A stretch of DNA of 59,484 bases, the filler included. It is 6 parts of 6 records of this genome, joined end to end, with 100 filler letters (N's around TTAATTAATTAA, not from the genome) between each part and the next. Parts side by side here need not be neighbours in the genome. Positions count along the whole stretch, not along the records: positions 28,648 to 48,501 come from SRR2962707_550; positions 48,602 to 53,609 come from SRR2962707_554; 4 more parts are not named here. The stretch is one strand, 5' to 3'. The translations under genes were made by a program, and so were the position numbers. Position 1 is the first letter of the stretch. Every line of letters starts with the position of its first letter. The notes under the pieces were generated by a model. It was not told the DNA's origin, searched no databases, and saw only the letters and a list, made by a program, of their open reading frames with translations. Positions 40,979-50,131 of this stretch are shown one piece after another.

Positions 40979-41569
40979 ATGAGAGTTTTTGTAAAAATAG
41001 CGATTGTTTTAGGTGTTGTTACCTTAGTAGCATCATGTCAAAACACATCATCAAGGAATTACCAATACATGCCTAACATGTACGAATCTGTAGGATACGA
41101 AACCTACCAAGAAACAAGTGCATTTAGAAATGGTAAAGAAGGGCAGTTGCCTGTAGAAGGGACTATAGCTAGAGGGCATATGCCTTATGAGTATCCAAAT
41201 ACTTTAGATGGATATAATTTGGCAAAAGCAAATCTTCAAAATCCATTACCTTTTGAAGCCTATAGAAATGCTGATTCTACAGTTACAGAAGATTATTTAA
41301 AGAAAGGGGAAGACCTTTTTGATATCTACTGTGCCGTTTGTCATGGAACTAAAGGAAATGGAAAAGGTATTTTGGTTGATCGAGAAAAGATACTAGGGGT
41401 TCCTAGTTATGACGACGCAGGAAGAGCTATAACAGAAGGTAGTGTTTACCATGTAATTCGTTACGGATTAAATGCTATGGGGTCTTATGCAAATCAACTG
41501 AATGAAGAAGAGCGTTGGCAAGTTACAGAATATGTAATGACGCTTAAACACGACTTAGAGAATAAATAA
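40979..41569 (+). CDS. actE: Alternative complex III subunit E, monoheme cytochrome c lipoprotein
   Basis: LVASC lipobox, YMPNMY, CAVCH, AMGSYA. Confidence 0.93.
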   Translation: MRVFVKIAIVLGVVTLVASCQNTSSRNYQYMPNMYESVGYETYQETSAFRNGKEGQLPVEGTIARGHMPYEYPNTLDGYNLAKANLQNPLPFEAYRNADSTVTEDYLKKGEDLFDIYCAVCHGTKGNGKGILVDREKILGVPSYDDAGRAITEGSVYHVIRYGLNAMGSYANQLNEEERWQVTEYVMTLKHDLENK

Positions 41570-41603
41570 TTAAAATCAACTATCAAAAAGAAGATATCAA
41601 GAT

Positions 41604-42977
41604 ATGTATACGTTTTCAAATAAATTAAAGATGGCATCTATCATACTAATGATAGTTGGTATTCTTGGGATAGGATACGGTTTTATTAGTTCTCCTTCTA
41701 CAGTAGAAGAGGCAAAAGCTATGGTGGCAGCAGATGCACACCATGGAGGAGCTGCTTCACATGGAGAAGAGTCGCATGAAGCTACAACTACTCATCATTC
41801 AGAAGCAAGTGAAGATGCTCACCATGAAGCTAGCGCTTCTCATGGAGACGAAGCAGCAGAACATGCTTCTCATGATGCCCACACTTTAAGTAAATTACAA
41901 AATCGCCCTTGGGCAGCTTTCTTAATTGCAGGATTTTTCTTTTTCATGATTGCTTTGGGAGCTTTAGTTTTCTATGCAATTCAGCATGTAGCACAAGTAG
42001 GTTGGTCTCCAGTACTTTTTAGAGTAATGGAAGGAATAAGTTCTTACTTGTTCCCAGGAGCAGTAATCCTTTATGTGTTTTATGTTTTAACTGCTGGTTT
42101 CCACATGAATCACCTTTATATATGGATGGATCCTAATGTAATGGCGCATGATGAAATCCTTCAATTAAAATCTGGATACCTAAACGTACCATTCTTCTTA
42201 ATAAGATCTTTTATTTTCTTAGCAGGATGGGTGCTTTACAGACACTTTGTAATTAAGAACTCTTATGCTCAAGATGAAGCTAAGGATAATACATACTACA
42301 GAAAGAACTTTAAGTTATCTGTATTTTTCTTATTATTTTTCTTCGTAACTGAGTCTATCATGGCATGGGATTGGTTTATGGGATTAGAGCCACATTGGTA
42401 CAGTACATTATTTGCATGGTATGTATTTGCAAGTATGTTTGTTTCTGCAATATCTGTTATTGCAATGATTACAATGTACTTAAAATCTAAAGGTGTTTTA
42501 GAGTTTGTAAACGATAGTCACTTACACGATTTGGCTAAGTTTATGTTTGGATTAAGTATTTTCTGGACCTACCTATGGTTTGGACAGTTTATGCTAATCT
42601 GGTATGCTAATATTCCAGAAGAGGTAGGATACTTTATAACTAGAATTGAACATTATAATTTTATATTTTTCGGAATGTTATTGTTCAACTTTGTATTCCC
42701 ATTCTTAGTACTTATGAATAGCGATTTCAAGCGTGTAAATTGGTTTGTTATGATAGCTGGAGTTAGTATTCTAGTGGGACACTATATGGATATCTTCCAA
42801 ATTGTAATGCCATCTACGGTAGGTGAATTATGGAGCTTTGGAATACCAGAAATCGGAAGCATACTTTTCTTCTTAGGATTGTTTATTTTTGTTGTCTTTG
42901 GAGCATTGGCTAAAACCCCATCGTTCTTAGCAAAAAGAAACCCATTCGTTGAGGAAAGTAAACACTTTCACTATTAA
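41604..42977 (+). CDS. actF: Alternative complex III subunit F
   Basis: Polytopic; YLNVPFF, WDWFMGLEPHWYST, WTYLWFGQFMLIWYANIPEE; His-rich loop. Confidence 0.93.
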   Translation: MYTFSNKLKMASIILMIVGILGIGYGFISSPSTVEEAKAMVAADAHHGGAASHGEESHEATTTHHSEASEDAHHEASASHGDEAAEHASHDAHTLSKLQNRPWAAFLIAGFFFFMIALGALVFYAIQHVAQVGWSPVLFRVMEGISSYLFPGAVILYVFYVLTAGFHMNHLYIWMDPNVMAHDEILQLKSGYLNVPFFLIRSFIFLAGWVLYRHFVIKNSYAQDEAKDNTYYRKNFKLSVFFLLFFFVTESIMAWDWFMGLEPHWYSTLFAWYVFASMFVSAISVIAMITMYLKSKGVLEFVNDSHLHDLAKFMFGLSIFWTYLWFGQFMLIWYANIPEEVGYFITRIEHYNFIFFGMLLFNFVFPFLVLMNSDFKRVNWFVMIAGVSILVGHYMDIFQIVMPSTVGELWSFGIPEIGSILFFLGLFIFVVFGALAKTPSFLAKRNPFVEESKHFHY

Positions 42978-43009
42978 TTAAATTTTAAAAAGTAAACAGG
43001 ATATATACG

Positions 43010-44074
43010 ATGACTGCTTTATTAACTATAATTGTTCTTCTACTTGTTGCCATTGCCATCTGGCAAATGACTAAAATCTTTGAATTGTCGCAAGTCAATA
43101 CAGATAATTCTCAGGTTGCTAATGATAAAGACAACAAGCTAAATGGGTATTTGATGTTTGGATTTCTAATCTTCATCTACCTTATTACCATCTATTCATT
43201 CTGGGCATGGGGCGATGTTCTTTTAGGAACACCAGCTTCTGAGCACGGACCAGAATACGATAGCTTGATGAACATTTCGATGGCATTAATTTTCTTTGTA
43301 CAAATTGTAACTCAGGCATTATTGCATTGGTTTGCTTATAAATACAAAGGACAAAAAGGTAAGAAAGCATTATTTTATGCTGATAATGATAAACTAGAGT
43401 TTATCTGGACAATTATACCAGTTATTACTTTAGCAGGTTTAATTATCTACGGACTTTTTACTTGGACTAGTCTTATGGACATCGATCAAGAAGAAGGAGA
43501 TCCTATCATTATTGAGCTTTATGCACAGCAGTTTAACTGGAAAGCACGTTACGCTGGAGAAGACAATGTTCTAGGTCAAGCAAATGTTCGTTTAATTGAT
43601 ATTAACAAAAACAATGTAATTGGTATTGATGAAGCAGATTCTTACGGACAAGATGATATTGTTTCTCAGTCAGAATTACATTTACCAGTAGGGAGAAAAA
43701 TTATCTTTAAGATGCGTTCTCAAGATGTTTTACACTCTGCATACATGCCTCATTTTAGAGCGCAAATGAACTGTGTTCCAGGAATGATTACTCAATTCTC
43801 TTTTACTCCAACAGTAACAACAGAAGAAATGAGAATGGATCCAGATATGGTTCAAAAAGTTCAAAAAATTAATAAAATCAGAGCTGAAAGAAGAGCTAAC
43901 GGTGATGATAATGCTGATGCTTGGGAATTTGACTACGTATTATTGTGTAACAAAATATGTGGATCTTCTCACTACAATATGCAAATGAAGATTGTAGTAG
44001 AATCTCAAGAAGATTTTGATGCTTGGTTAGAAGGTCAGGATACTTTTAAGCAAACAATCGCAAAGGCAGAGTAA
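43010..44074 (+). CDS. ctaC: Cytochrome c oxidase subunit II
   Basis: LEFIWTIIP, AQQFNW, DVLHS and CNKICGSSHYNM CuA ligands. Confidence 0.95.
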   Translation: MTALLTIIVLLLVAIAIWQMTKIFELSQVNTDNSQVANDKDNKLNGYLMFGFLIFIYLITIYSFWAWGDVLLGTPASEHGPEYDSLMNISMALIFFVQIVTQALLHWFAYKYKGQKGKKALFYADNDKLEFIWTIIPVITLAGLIIYGLFTWTSLMDIDQEEGDPIIIELYAQQFNWKARYAGEDNVLGQANVRLIDINKNNVIGIDEADSYGQDDIVSQSELHLPVGRKIIFKMRSQDVLHSAYMPHFRAQMNCVPGMITQFSFTPTVTTEEMRMDPDMVQKVQKINKIRAERRANGDDNADAWEFDYVLLCNKICGSSHYNMQMKIVVESQEDFDAWLEGQDTFKQTIAKAE

Positions 44075-44116
44075 AAAGCTATTAATTAAGTTTATAAAAA
44101 TAAAGGAAATAAGATT

Positions 44117-45937
44117 ATGTCAGCAACAGCACAGACGCACTCAGAAGATCACGCACATGATCATGGACATCATCATAAGGAGACGTTTATAACAAAGTAT
44201 ATATTCAGTCAAGATCATAAAATGATCTCCAAGCAATACCTAATTACTGGTTTAATAATGGGTGTTATCGGTATTGCTATGTCGTTACTTTTTAGAATGC
44301 AAATTGCATGGCCAGGAGAATCTTTTAAAATATTTGAAGTTTTATTAGGAAAATGGGCTCCAGATGGAGTTATGGACCCTAATATATATTTAGCATTGGT
44401 TACCATCCACGGTACTATCATGGTTTTCTTTGTACTTACACAAGGATTGAGTGGTACCTTTAGTAACTTACTTATTCCATTACAAATTGGAGCTCGAGAT
44501 ATGGCGTCAGGATTTATGAACATGGTTTCTTACTGGTTGTTCTTCCTTTCTAGTATTATTATGATCTCTTCTTTATTCCTTGAAGCTGGACCTGCTGCTG
44601 CTGGATGGACAATTTATCCTCCATTAAGCGCATTGCCACAAGCACAAGGTGGTTCTGGAATGGGAATGACACTTTGGTTAGTTTCTATGGCAATATTTGT
44701 TGCGTCTTCTTTATTAGGATCGTTAAACTATGTTGTTACAGTAATTAATTTAAGAACAAAAGGAATGTCTATGACAAGATTGCCACTTACAATTTGGGCT
44801 TTCTTTGTTACTGCAATTATCGGGATTGTTTCTTTCCCAGTTCTTCTGTCTGCTGCATTGTTATTAATTATGGATAGAAGTTTTGGAACTTCTTTCTTCT
44901 TATCAGATATATTTATTCAAGGGGAGGTTTTACATTACCAAGGAGGTTCACCTGTATTATTTGAGCACCTTTTCTGGTTCTTAGGTCACCCAGAGGTATA
45001 TATTGTAATTTTACCTGCAATGGGACTTGTGTCTGAAATTATGGCTGCAAACTCTCGTAAACCAATTTTTGGATACCGTGCAATGATAGCTTCTATCTTA
45101 GCAATTGCATTTTTATCTACTATTGTATGGGGTCACCACATGTTTATCTCAGGGATGAATCCATTTTTAGGTTCTGTATTTACATTTACTACCTTATTAA
45201 TTGCAATTCCATCTGCTGTAAAAGCCTTTAACTGGATTACAACTATTTGGAAAGGTAATATACAAATGAATCCAGCCATGTTATTCTCTATTGGTTTTGT
45301 TTCTACATTTATTACTGGAGGTTTAACAGGGATTATTTTAGGAGATAGTGCATTAGATATTAACGTTCACGATACATATTTTGTAATTGCTCACTTCCAC
45401 TTAGTAATGGGTATTTCTGCTCTTTACGGAATGTTTGCTGGGATTTACCATTGGTATCCTAAAATGTTTGGAAGAATGTTGAATAAAAATTTAGGGTATA
45501 TCCATTTCTGGATTACTGCAATTTGTGCGTATGGAGTTTTCTTCCCAATGCACTTTGTAGGAATGGCAGGAGTACCTAGACGTTATTATACAAATACTAA
45601 CTTCCCAATGTTTGACGATTTAACAAACATTCAGGTGGTAATGACAGTTTTTGCTTTAATCGCAGGATTAGCACAGTTAATCTTTGCTTGGAACTTTGTT
45701 TACAGTATTTTCTACGGAGAAAGAGCAACTCAAAACCCATGGAAATCTACTACTTTGGAATGGACTACACCTGTAGAGGCAACTCACGGAAACTGGCCAG
45801 GAGAAATTCCAGAAGTTCACAGATGGCCTTACGATTATAGTAAGACTGATGAGAATGGGGAGTACGTAATTCCAGGACAGGATTTTGTTCCTCAAACTGT
45901 TCCTTTACAAGAAGGAGAAGAAGAATTACAACACTAG
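44117..45937 (+). CDS. ctaD: Cytochrome c oxidase subunit I (A1 type)
   Basis: HGTIM, GWTIYPPL, WFLGHPEVY, VWGHHMF, HDTYFVIAHFH, PRRY. Confidence 0.97.
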   Translation: MSATAQTHSEDHAHDHGHHHKETFITKYIFSQDHKMISKQYLITGLIMGVIGIAMSLLFRMQIAWPGESFKIFEVLLGKWAPDGVMDPNIYLALVTIHGTIMVFFVLTQGLSGTFSNLLIPLQIGARDMASGFMNMVSYWLFFLSSIIMISSLFLEAGPAAAGWTIYPPLSALPQAQGGSGMGMTLWLVSMAIFVASSLLGSLNYVVTVINLRTKGMSMTRLPLTIWAFFVTAIIGIVSFPVLLSAALLLIMDRSFGTSFFLSDIFIQGEVLHYQGGSPVLFEHLFWFLGHPEVYIVILPAMGLVSEIMAANSRKPIFGYRAMIASILAIAFLSTIVWGHHMFISGMNPFLGSVFTFTTLLIAIPSAVKAFNWITTIWKGNIQMNPAMLFSIGFVSTFITGGLTGIILGDSALDINVHDTYFVIAHFHLVMGISALYGMFAGIYHWYPKMFGRMLNKNLGYIHFWITAICAYGVFFPMHFVGMAGVPRRYYTNTNFPMFDDLTNIQVVMTVFALIAGLAQLIFAWNFVYSIFYGERATQNPWKSTTLEWTTPVEATHGNWPGEIPEVHRWPYDYSKTDENGEYVIPGQDFVPQTVPLQEGEEELQH

Positions 45938-45954
45938 AATATAACTTATATATC

Positions 45955-45989
45955 AAAAAAAGACCTTCACAATTGAAGGTCTTTTTTTT
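45955..45989. terminator. Intrinsic terminator after ctaD
   Basis: A-run AGACCTTCA-CAAT-TGAAGGTCT T-run. Confidence 0.92.
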
Positions 45990-46028
45990 GGAGTGAAGTT
46001 TTTGTTTGATGCTATTTTTTATGCAATA

Positions 46029-46096
46029 AGGATTGCAACGGATAGCTTTTGTAGTGCTTTTGCTTTTGGCACTACAAAACTATGAGTGGAAAGCCT
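46029..46096 (+). ncRNA. Flavo-1-like structured RNA / flavobacterial intergenic palindromic element
   Basis: AGG...CCT outer pairing, purine-rich internal loops (ATTGCAACGGATAG / ATGAGTGGAAAG), perfect 11-bp inner stem TTTTGTAGTGC/GCACTACAAAA. The family match is from memory, not from a covariance search. Confidence 0.55.
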
Positions 46097-46129
46097 GGTA
46101 CCGCACATTGGTGCGGTAATTGCAGACAT

Positions 46130-46160
46130 AAAAAAACTGCTACCCAATTTGGATAGCAGC
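46130..46160 (-). terminator. Intrinsic terminator of ahcY
   Basis: Minus strand CTGCTATCCA-AAT-TGGGTAGCAG followed by T7. Confidence 0.85.
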
Positions 46161-46188
46161 TTGCTTGTTTTAAGCTGAAATAGTTTTT

Positions 46189-47505
46189 TTAGTATCTGTA
46201 ATATTCTGGTTTAAATGGCCCTTCAACAGTTACCCCAATATATTTAGCTTGCTCTTCATTAAGCTCTGTAAGCTCAACTCCAATCTTTTCTAAGTGTAGT
46301 TTTGCTACTTTTTCGTCTAAGTGCTTAGGAAGCATGTAAACGTCATTGTCGTACTTATCAGTATAATTCCAAAGCTCAATTTGTGCTAAAGTTTGGTTGG
46401 TAAAAGAGTTACTCATTACAAAACTAGGGTGTCCAGTTGCACAACCTAAATTTACCAATCTCCCTTGCGCTAAAAGAATTACATCTTTACCATTAATAGT
46501 ATATTTATCTACTTGTGGTTTAATATTTACTTTGTTTGCACCATGATTTTTGTTTAACCAAGCAACGTCAATTTCGTTATCAAAATGTCCAATATTACAA
46601 ACAATTGTTTTGTCTTTCATTTTCTCGAAATGCTTGCTTGTAACAATGTCTTTATTTCCAGTAGTAGTAATAATGATATCTGCTTTTTCAACAACAGTTT
46701 CTAGTTTTTTAACCTCGTAACCGTCCATAGCAGCTTGAAGTGCACAAATTGGATCGATTTCTGTAACTGTAACAATAGAACCTGCACCTCTAAACGAAGC
46801 CGCTGTACCTTTTCCTACATCTCCATAACCACAAACAATAACGCGTTTACCAGCTAGCATAACGTCTGTTGCTCTTCTAATAGCATCAACCGCACTTTCT
46901 CTACATCCGTATTTGTTATCAAATTTAGACTTGGTAACCGAATCGTTTACGTTGATAGCAGGCATTGGTAGCGTTCCATTTTTTACACGCTCATATAAAC
47001 GGTGAACTCCAGTAGTAGTTTCTTCTGAAAGTCCTTTTACATCTTTAGCAAGCGCTGGATATTTGTCTAAAACCATATTTGTAAGATCACCACCATCATC
47101 CAAAATCATATTTAATGGTTTTCTATCTTCTCCAAAGAAAAGTGTCTGCTCGATACACCAGTCAAATTCCTCTTCTGTCATTCCTTTCCAAGCATACACA
47201 GCTGTTCCAGCAGCAGCAATTGCAGCAGCAGCTTCATCTTGCGTAGAGTAGATATTACAAGAACTCCAAGTAACTTCTGCACCTAATGCAAGTAAAGTCT
47301 CAATTAAAACAGCTGTTTGAACCGTCATATGTAAACATCCTGCAATACGCGCGCCTTTTAATGGTTGCTCGTTTTTGTATTCTTCTCTAAGCGACATTAA
47401 ACCTGGCATTTCTGCTTCAGCTAATTCTATTTCTTTTCTTCCCCATTCTGCCAAAGAAATATCTTTTACTTTGTAGGCCACATAAGGAACTGTTTTGGTA
47501 CTCAT
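46189..47505 (-). CDS. ahcY: S-adenosylhomocysteine hydrolase
   Basis: [59 protein letters not shown]-terminal YRY. Confidence 0.99.
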   Translation of the reverse strand: MSTKTVPYVAYKVKDISLAEWGRKEIELAEAEMPGLMSLREEYKNEQPLKGARIAGCLHMTVQTAVLIETLLALGAEVTWSSCNIYSTQDEAAAAIAAAGTAVYAWKGMTEEEFDWCIEQTLFFGEDRKPLNMILDDGGDLTNMVLDKYPALAKDVKGLSEETTTGVHRLYERVKNGTLPMPAINVNDSVTKSKFDNKYGCRESAVDAIRRATDVMLAGKRVIVCGYGDVGKGTAASFRGAGSIVTVTEIDPICALQAAMDGYEVKKLETVVEKADIIITTTGNKDIVTSKHFEKMKDKTIVCNIGHFDNEIDVAWLNKNHGANKVNIKPQVDKYTINGKDVILLAQGRLVNLGCATGHPSFVMSNSFTNQTLAQIELWNYTDKYDNDVYMLPKHLDEKVAKLHLEKIGVELTELNEEQAKYIGVTVEGPFKPEYYRY

Positions 47506-47671
47506 ATTACTTTTTCGATTTAAATTTTTGTTTCCTTAACGAGTTAAAATCTGTTATTATGAAGGATGATTCCCGAATAATTAAGTTTGTTTAAACTCAT
47601 TTCTTATTTTTACGTCTGTTAAGCAACAATAGTTGCTTTGTAATAGTAATTTTTTCTGAAAAAAATCAGTG

Positions 47672-47679
47672 CAAAGTTA
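47672..47679 (-). promoter_or_regulatory. Bacteroidota -7 box, probable ahcY promoter
   Basis: TAACTTTG followed by CA on the minus strand, ~165 nt upstream of the ahcY ATG. Confidence 0.6.
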
Positions 47680-47700
47680 CATAAATAACTTTTATTATTC

Positions 47701-48348
47701 ATGCCTCTTTACAAAACTATAACGCCCGCTTCTAATACTAAAGTGCTGATTTGGAAGATAGAAGAATCTTATGATGATTTGCGTCAAGGAATTGAGCTCA
47801 CTGCAAATTGCAAAGACCGTTTGAGTCATATGAAATCTGAAATTCATCAACGCGGATTTTTAAGTGTCCGACACTTACTGAAAGCGGCTGGCTATGTTAC
47901 TTCAGATTTGTATTATGATGCTCATGGAAAACCGCATTTAAAAGATGGAAATTATATTTCAATAACACATTCTTTTACTTTTTCTGGGATTATAGTGAGT
48001 AGCAATACCAATATAGGAATTGATATAGAAAAGCAACGTAATAAAATAAGTGTGATTGCAAATAAGTTTGTAAATTATGAATACAATTTCCTTACAGATG
48101 AAGACGTAAGAAAACTAACCGTTGTTTGGTGTGTTAAAGAGAGTTTATATAAAGTTTTTGCTACGGAAGGAATGAGCTTTAAACAACATACGAAGGTTAT
48201 TTCTTTTGATTTAGACGAAGGGAATACTATTGGTTGGATTTTTTACCACGGAATTATACAAAAGTATAAAGTAGAATTTTTAGAGTTTGATGGTTTTACT
48301 TGCGCGTATGCTTTGGAGGTTGGAAGTTTGGGGAGTTTGGAAAGTTGA
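47701..48348 (+). CDS. 4'-phosphopantetheinyl transferase superfamily protein (Sfp/EntD-like)
   Basis: GKP, ISITHS, IGIDIE, WCVKESLYK motifs. Confidence 0.9.
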   Translation: MPLYKTITPASNTKVLIWKIEESYDDLRQGIELTANCKDRLSHMKSEIHQRGFLSVRHLLKAAGYVTSDLYYDAHGKPHLKDGNYISITHSFTFSGIIVSSNTNIGIDIEKQRNKISVIANKFVNYEYNFLTDEDVRKLTVVWCVKESLYKVFATEGMSFKQHTKVISFDLDEGNTIGWIFYHGIIQKYKVEFLEFDGFTCAYALEVGSLGSLES

Positions 48349-48471
48349 AAGTTGAAAAGAAAAGTCGGAAGACGGAAGCCTGAAGTCCGAAAAAGGATTG
48401 AAAGTAAAAAGTATATAAAGTAAAAAAGTTAAAAGAGAATTAGGAAAGGAGAAAGGTTTTTGTTGTTTTAA

Positions 48472-48501
48472 CCAACATCCAACATCCAACATCCAACATC
48501 C
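48472..48501. repeat. (CCAACAT)4 heptamer tandem repeat at contig end; degenerate 7-9-mers also at ~48318-48390
   Basis: Read directly. Confidence 0.9.
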
Positions 48502-48601
48502 NNNNNNNNNNNNNNNNNNNNNNNNNNNNNNNNNNNNNNNNNNNNTTAATTAATTAANNNNNNNNNNNNNNNNNNNNNNNNNNNNNNNNNNNNNNNNNNN
48601 N
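48502..48601. other. Artificial contig spacer
   Basis: 44N-TTAATTAATTAA-44N. Confidence 0.99.
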
Positions 48602-48602
48602 C

Positions 48603-50075
48603 AAGGGTGTGCTGACCCAGACCCGGCGCCACAGTTTCATTCTCTCGCTGATCGGGGTGAAGCATGTGGTGCTGGTGGTCAACAAGATTGACCTGGTGGA
48701 TTACGATCAGGAAGCGTTCGACCGCATCGTTGCCGAATATCGCGCCTTTGCTGAGCCGTTGGGATTCAAGACGTTGGCCGCCGTTCCGGTTTCGGCGCTT
48801 CGAGGGGACAATATCCTGCGCCCCAGCGAGAACACGCCCTGGTATGAGGGCGAGGCGCTGGTGCCCTACCTCGAAACCATTGACGTTTCCGAGGATCGCA
48901 CGACCGAGAAATTTCGCTTTCCTGTGCAGTGGGTTAATCGGCCGAACCTCGATTTCCGCGGGTTCTCCGGAACGGTTGCATCGGGGTCGATAGCAGTGGG
49001 CGACGAGGTGCTTATTGCTGCATCGCGCAAGCCGGCCGTCGTCAGCCGCATTGTCACCATGGATGGTGATCTGGACCACGCCATTGCCGGGCAGGCGGTG
49101 ACGCTGGTGCTGGATCGCGAAGTGGATATCTCGCGTGGCGACGTGCTTTCGCGGCCGGGGGAGACACTGGATTATTCCAACCAGTTCCAGGCCAGGGTGG
49201 TCTGGATGAACGAGGAGCCTGCCTATCCGGGGCGCTCTTATCTGCTCAAGATCGGCACGCAGACGGTGCCGGCGACTATCACTGATCTCAAGTTCCGAAC
49301 CAATGTGAATACGCTGGAGCAGACGGCGGCAACCAAGATCGACCTTAATGAGGTTGCCACGGTCACGCTCAACACCGACAAGCCGATTGCTTTCGATCCT
49401 TATGCCAGCAATGGGCTGACTGGCGGGTTCATCCTGGTCGACCGGATCTCCAACGCCACGCTGGGGGCAGGGACCATCGATTTCGGCCTGCGGCGAGCGC
49501 AGAACCTGACCTACCAGTCCTTTGACGTGAACCGTGAGGTGCGCGCGCAGATGAAGGGGCAATCGCCTCGCATCATCTGGTTCACGGGGCTGTCGGGGTC
49601 GGGCAAGTCCTCGGTCGCCAATCTTCTCGAGAAACGGCTGACTGCAGAAGGGCGGCACGCCTATATTCTTGACGGCGACAATGTCCGGCATGGCCTCAAC
49701 AAGGATCTGGGCTTTACCGAAGCGGCGCGTATCGAAAATATTCGTCGCGTGGCGGAAGTGGCGCGGTTGATGGCCGATGCTGGTTTGATCGTGCTGGTCT
49801 CCTTCATTTCGCCATTCGAAAAGGAGCGTCGGCTGGCGCGCGAGATCGCCGGAGATACCGATTTCACCGAGGTCTATGTGGATACCCCGCTTGAGGTCTG
49901 CGAGGCGCGCGATCCCAAGGGGCTCTACAAAAGGGCCCGCGCCGGCGAAATCAAGAATTTCACCGGCATCGATTCACCCTTCGAACCGCCGGAAAACGCC
50001 GAACTGGTGTTGCATGGCGCTGATGCCGCGCCAGAGCTTCTCGCGGATCAACTCCACGACTTCCTCAAGCTCTGA
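48603..50075 (+). CDS. cysNC: Bifunctional sulfate adenylyltransferase subunit 1 / APS kinase (CysN/CysC, NodQ-like), 5'-truncated
   Basis: TQTRRHS, NKID, FRFPVQWVNRPNLDFRG; then WFTGLSGSGKS, LDGDNVRHGL, RDPKGLY, FTGIDSP. Confidence 0.96.
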   Translation, partial: KGVLTQTRRHSFILSLIGVKHVVLVVNKIDLVDYDQEAFDRIVAEYRAFAEPLGFKTLAAVPVSALRGDNILRPSENTPWYEGEALVPYLETIDVSEDRTTEKFRFPVQWVNRPNLDFRGFSGTVASGSIAVGDEVLIAASRKPAVVSRIVTMDGDLDHAIAGQAVTLVLDREVDISRGDVLSRPGETLDYSNQFQARVVWMNEEPAYPGRSYLLKIGTQTVPATITDLKFRTNVNTLEQTAATKIDLNEVATVTLNTDKPIAFDPYASNGLTGGFILVDRISNATLGAGTIDFGLRRAQNLTYQSFDVNREVRAQMKGQSPRIIWFTGLSGSGKSSVANLLEKRLTAEGRHAYILDGDNVRHGLNKDLGFTEAARIENIRRVAEVARLMADAGLIVLVSFISPFEKERRLAREIAGDTDFTEVYVDTPLEVCEARDPKGLYKRARAGEIKNFTGIDSPFEPPENAELVLHGADAAPELLADQLHDFLKL

Positions 50076-50083
50076 ATGGTGAT

Positions 50084-50102
50084 GGGCCCCAAGGGGCCCT
50101 TT
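50084..50102. terminator. Hairpin between convergent cysNC and manC
   Basis: GGGCCC-CAAG-GGGCCC followed by TTTC. Confidence 0.65.
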
Positions 50103-50131
50103 CCTTTGACCTGTCTGGTTGGCGTAAAGGG

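Noticed and set aside
47506-47670. Known SAH or SAM riboswitch upstream of ahcY
   Set aside because: No recognisable consensus; region very AT-rich. Kept only as an open question in findings.
48546-49691. 381-aa minus-strand ORF running into the spacer
   Set aside because: Antisense to cysNC and ends only at the artificial linker.
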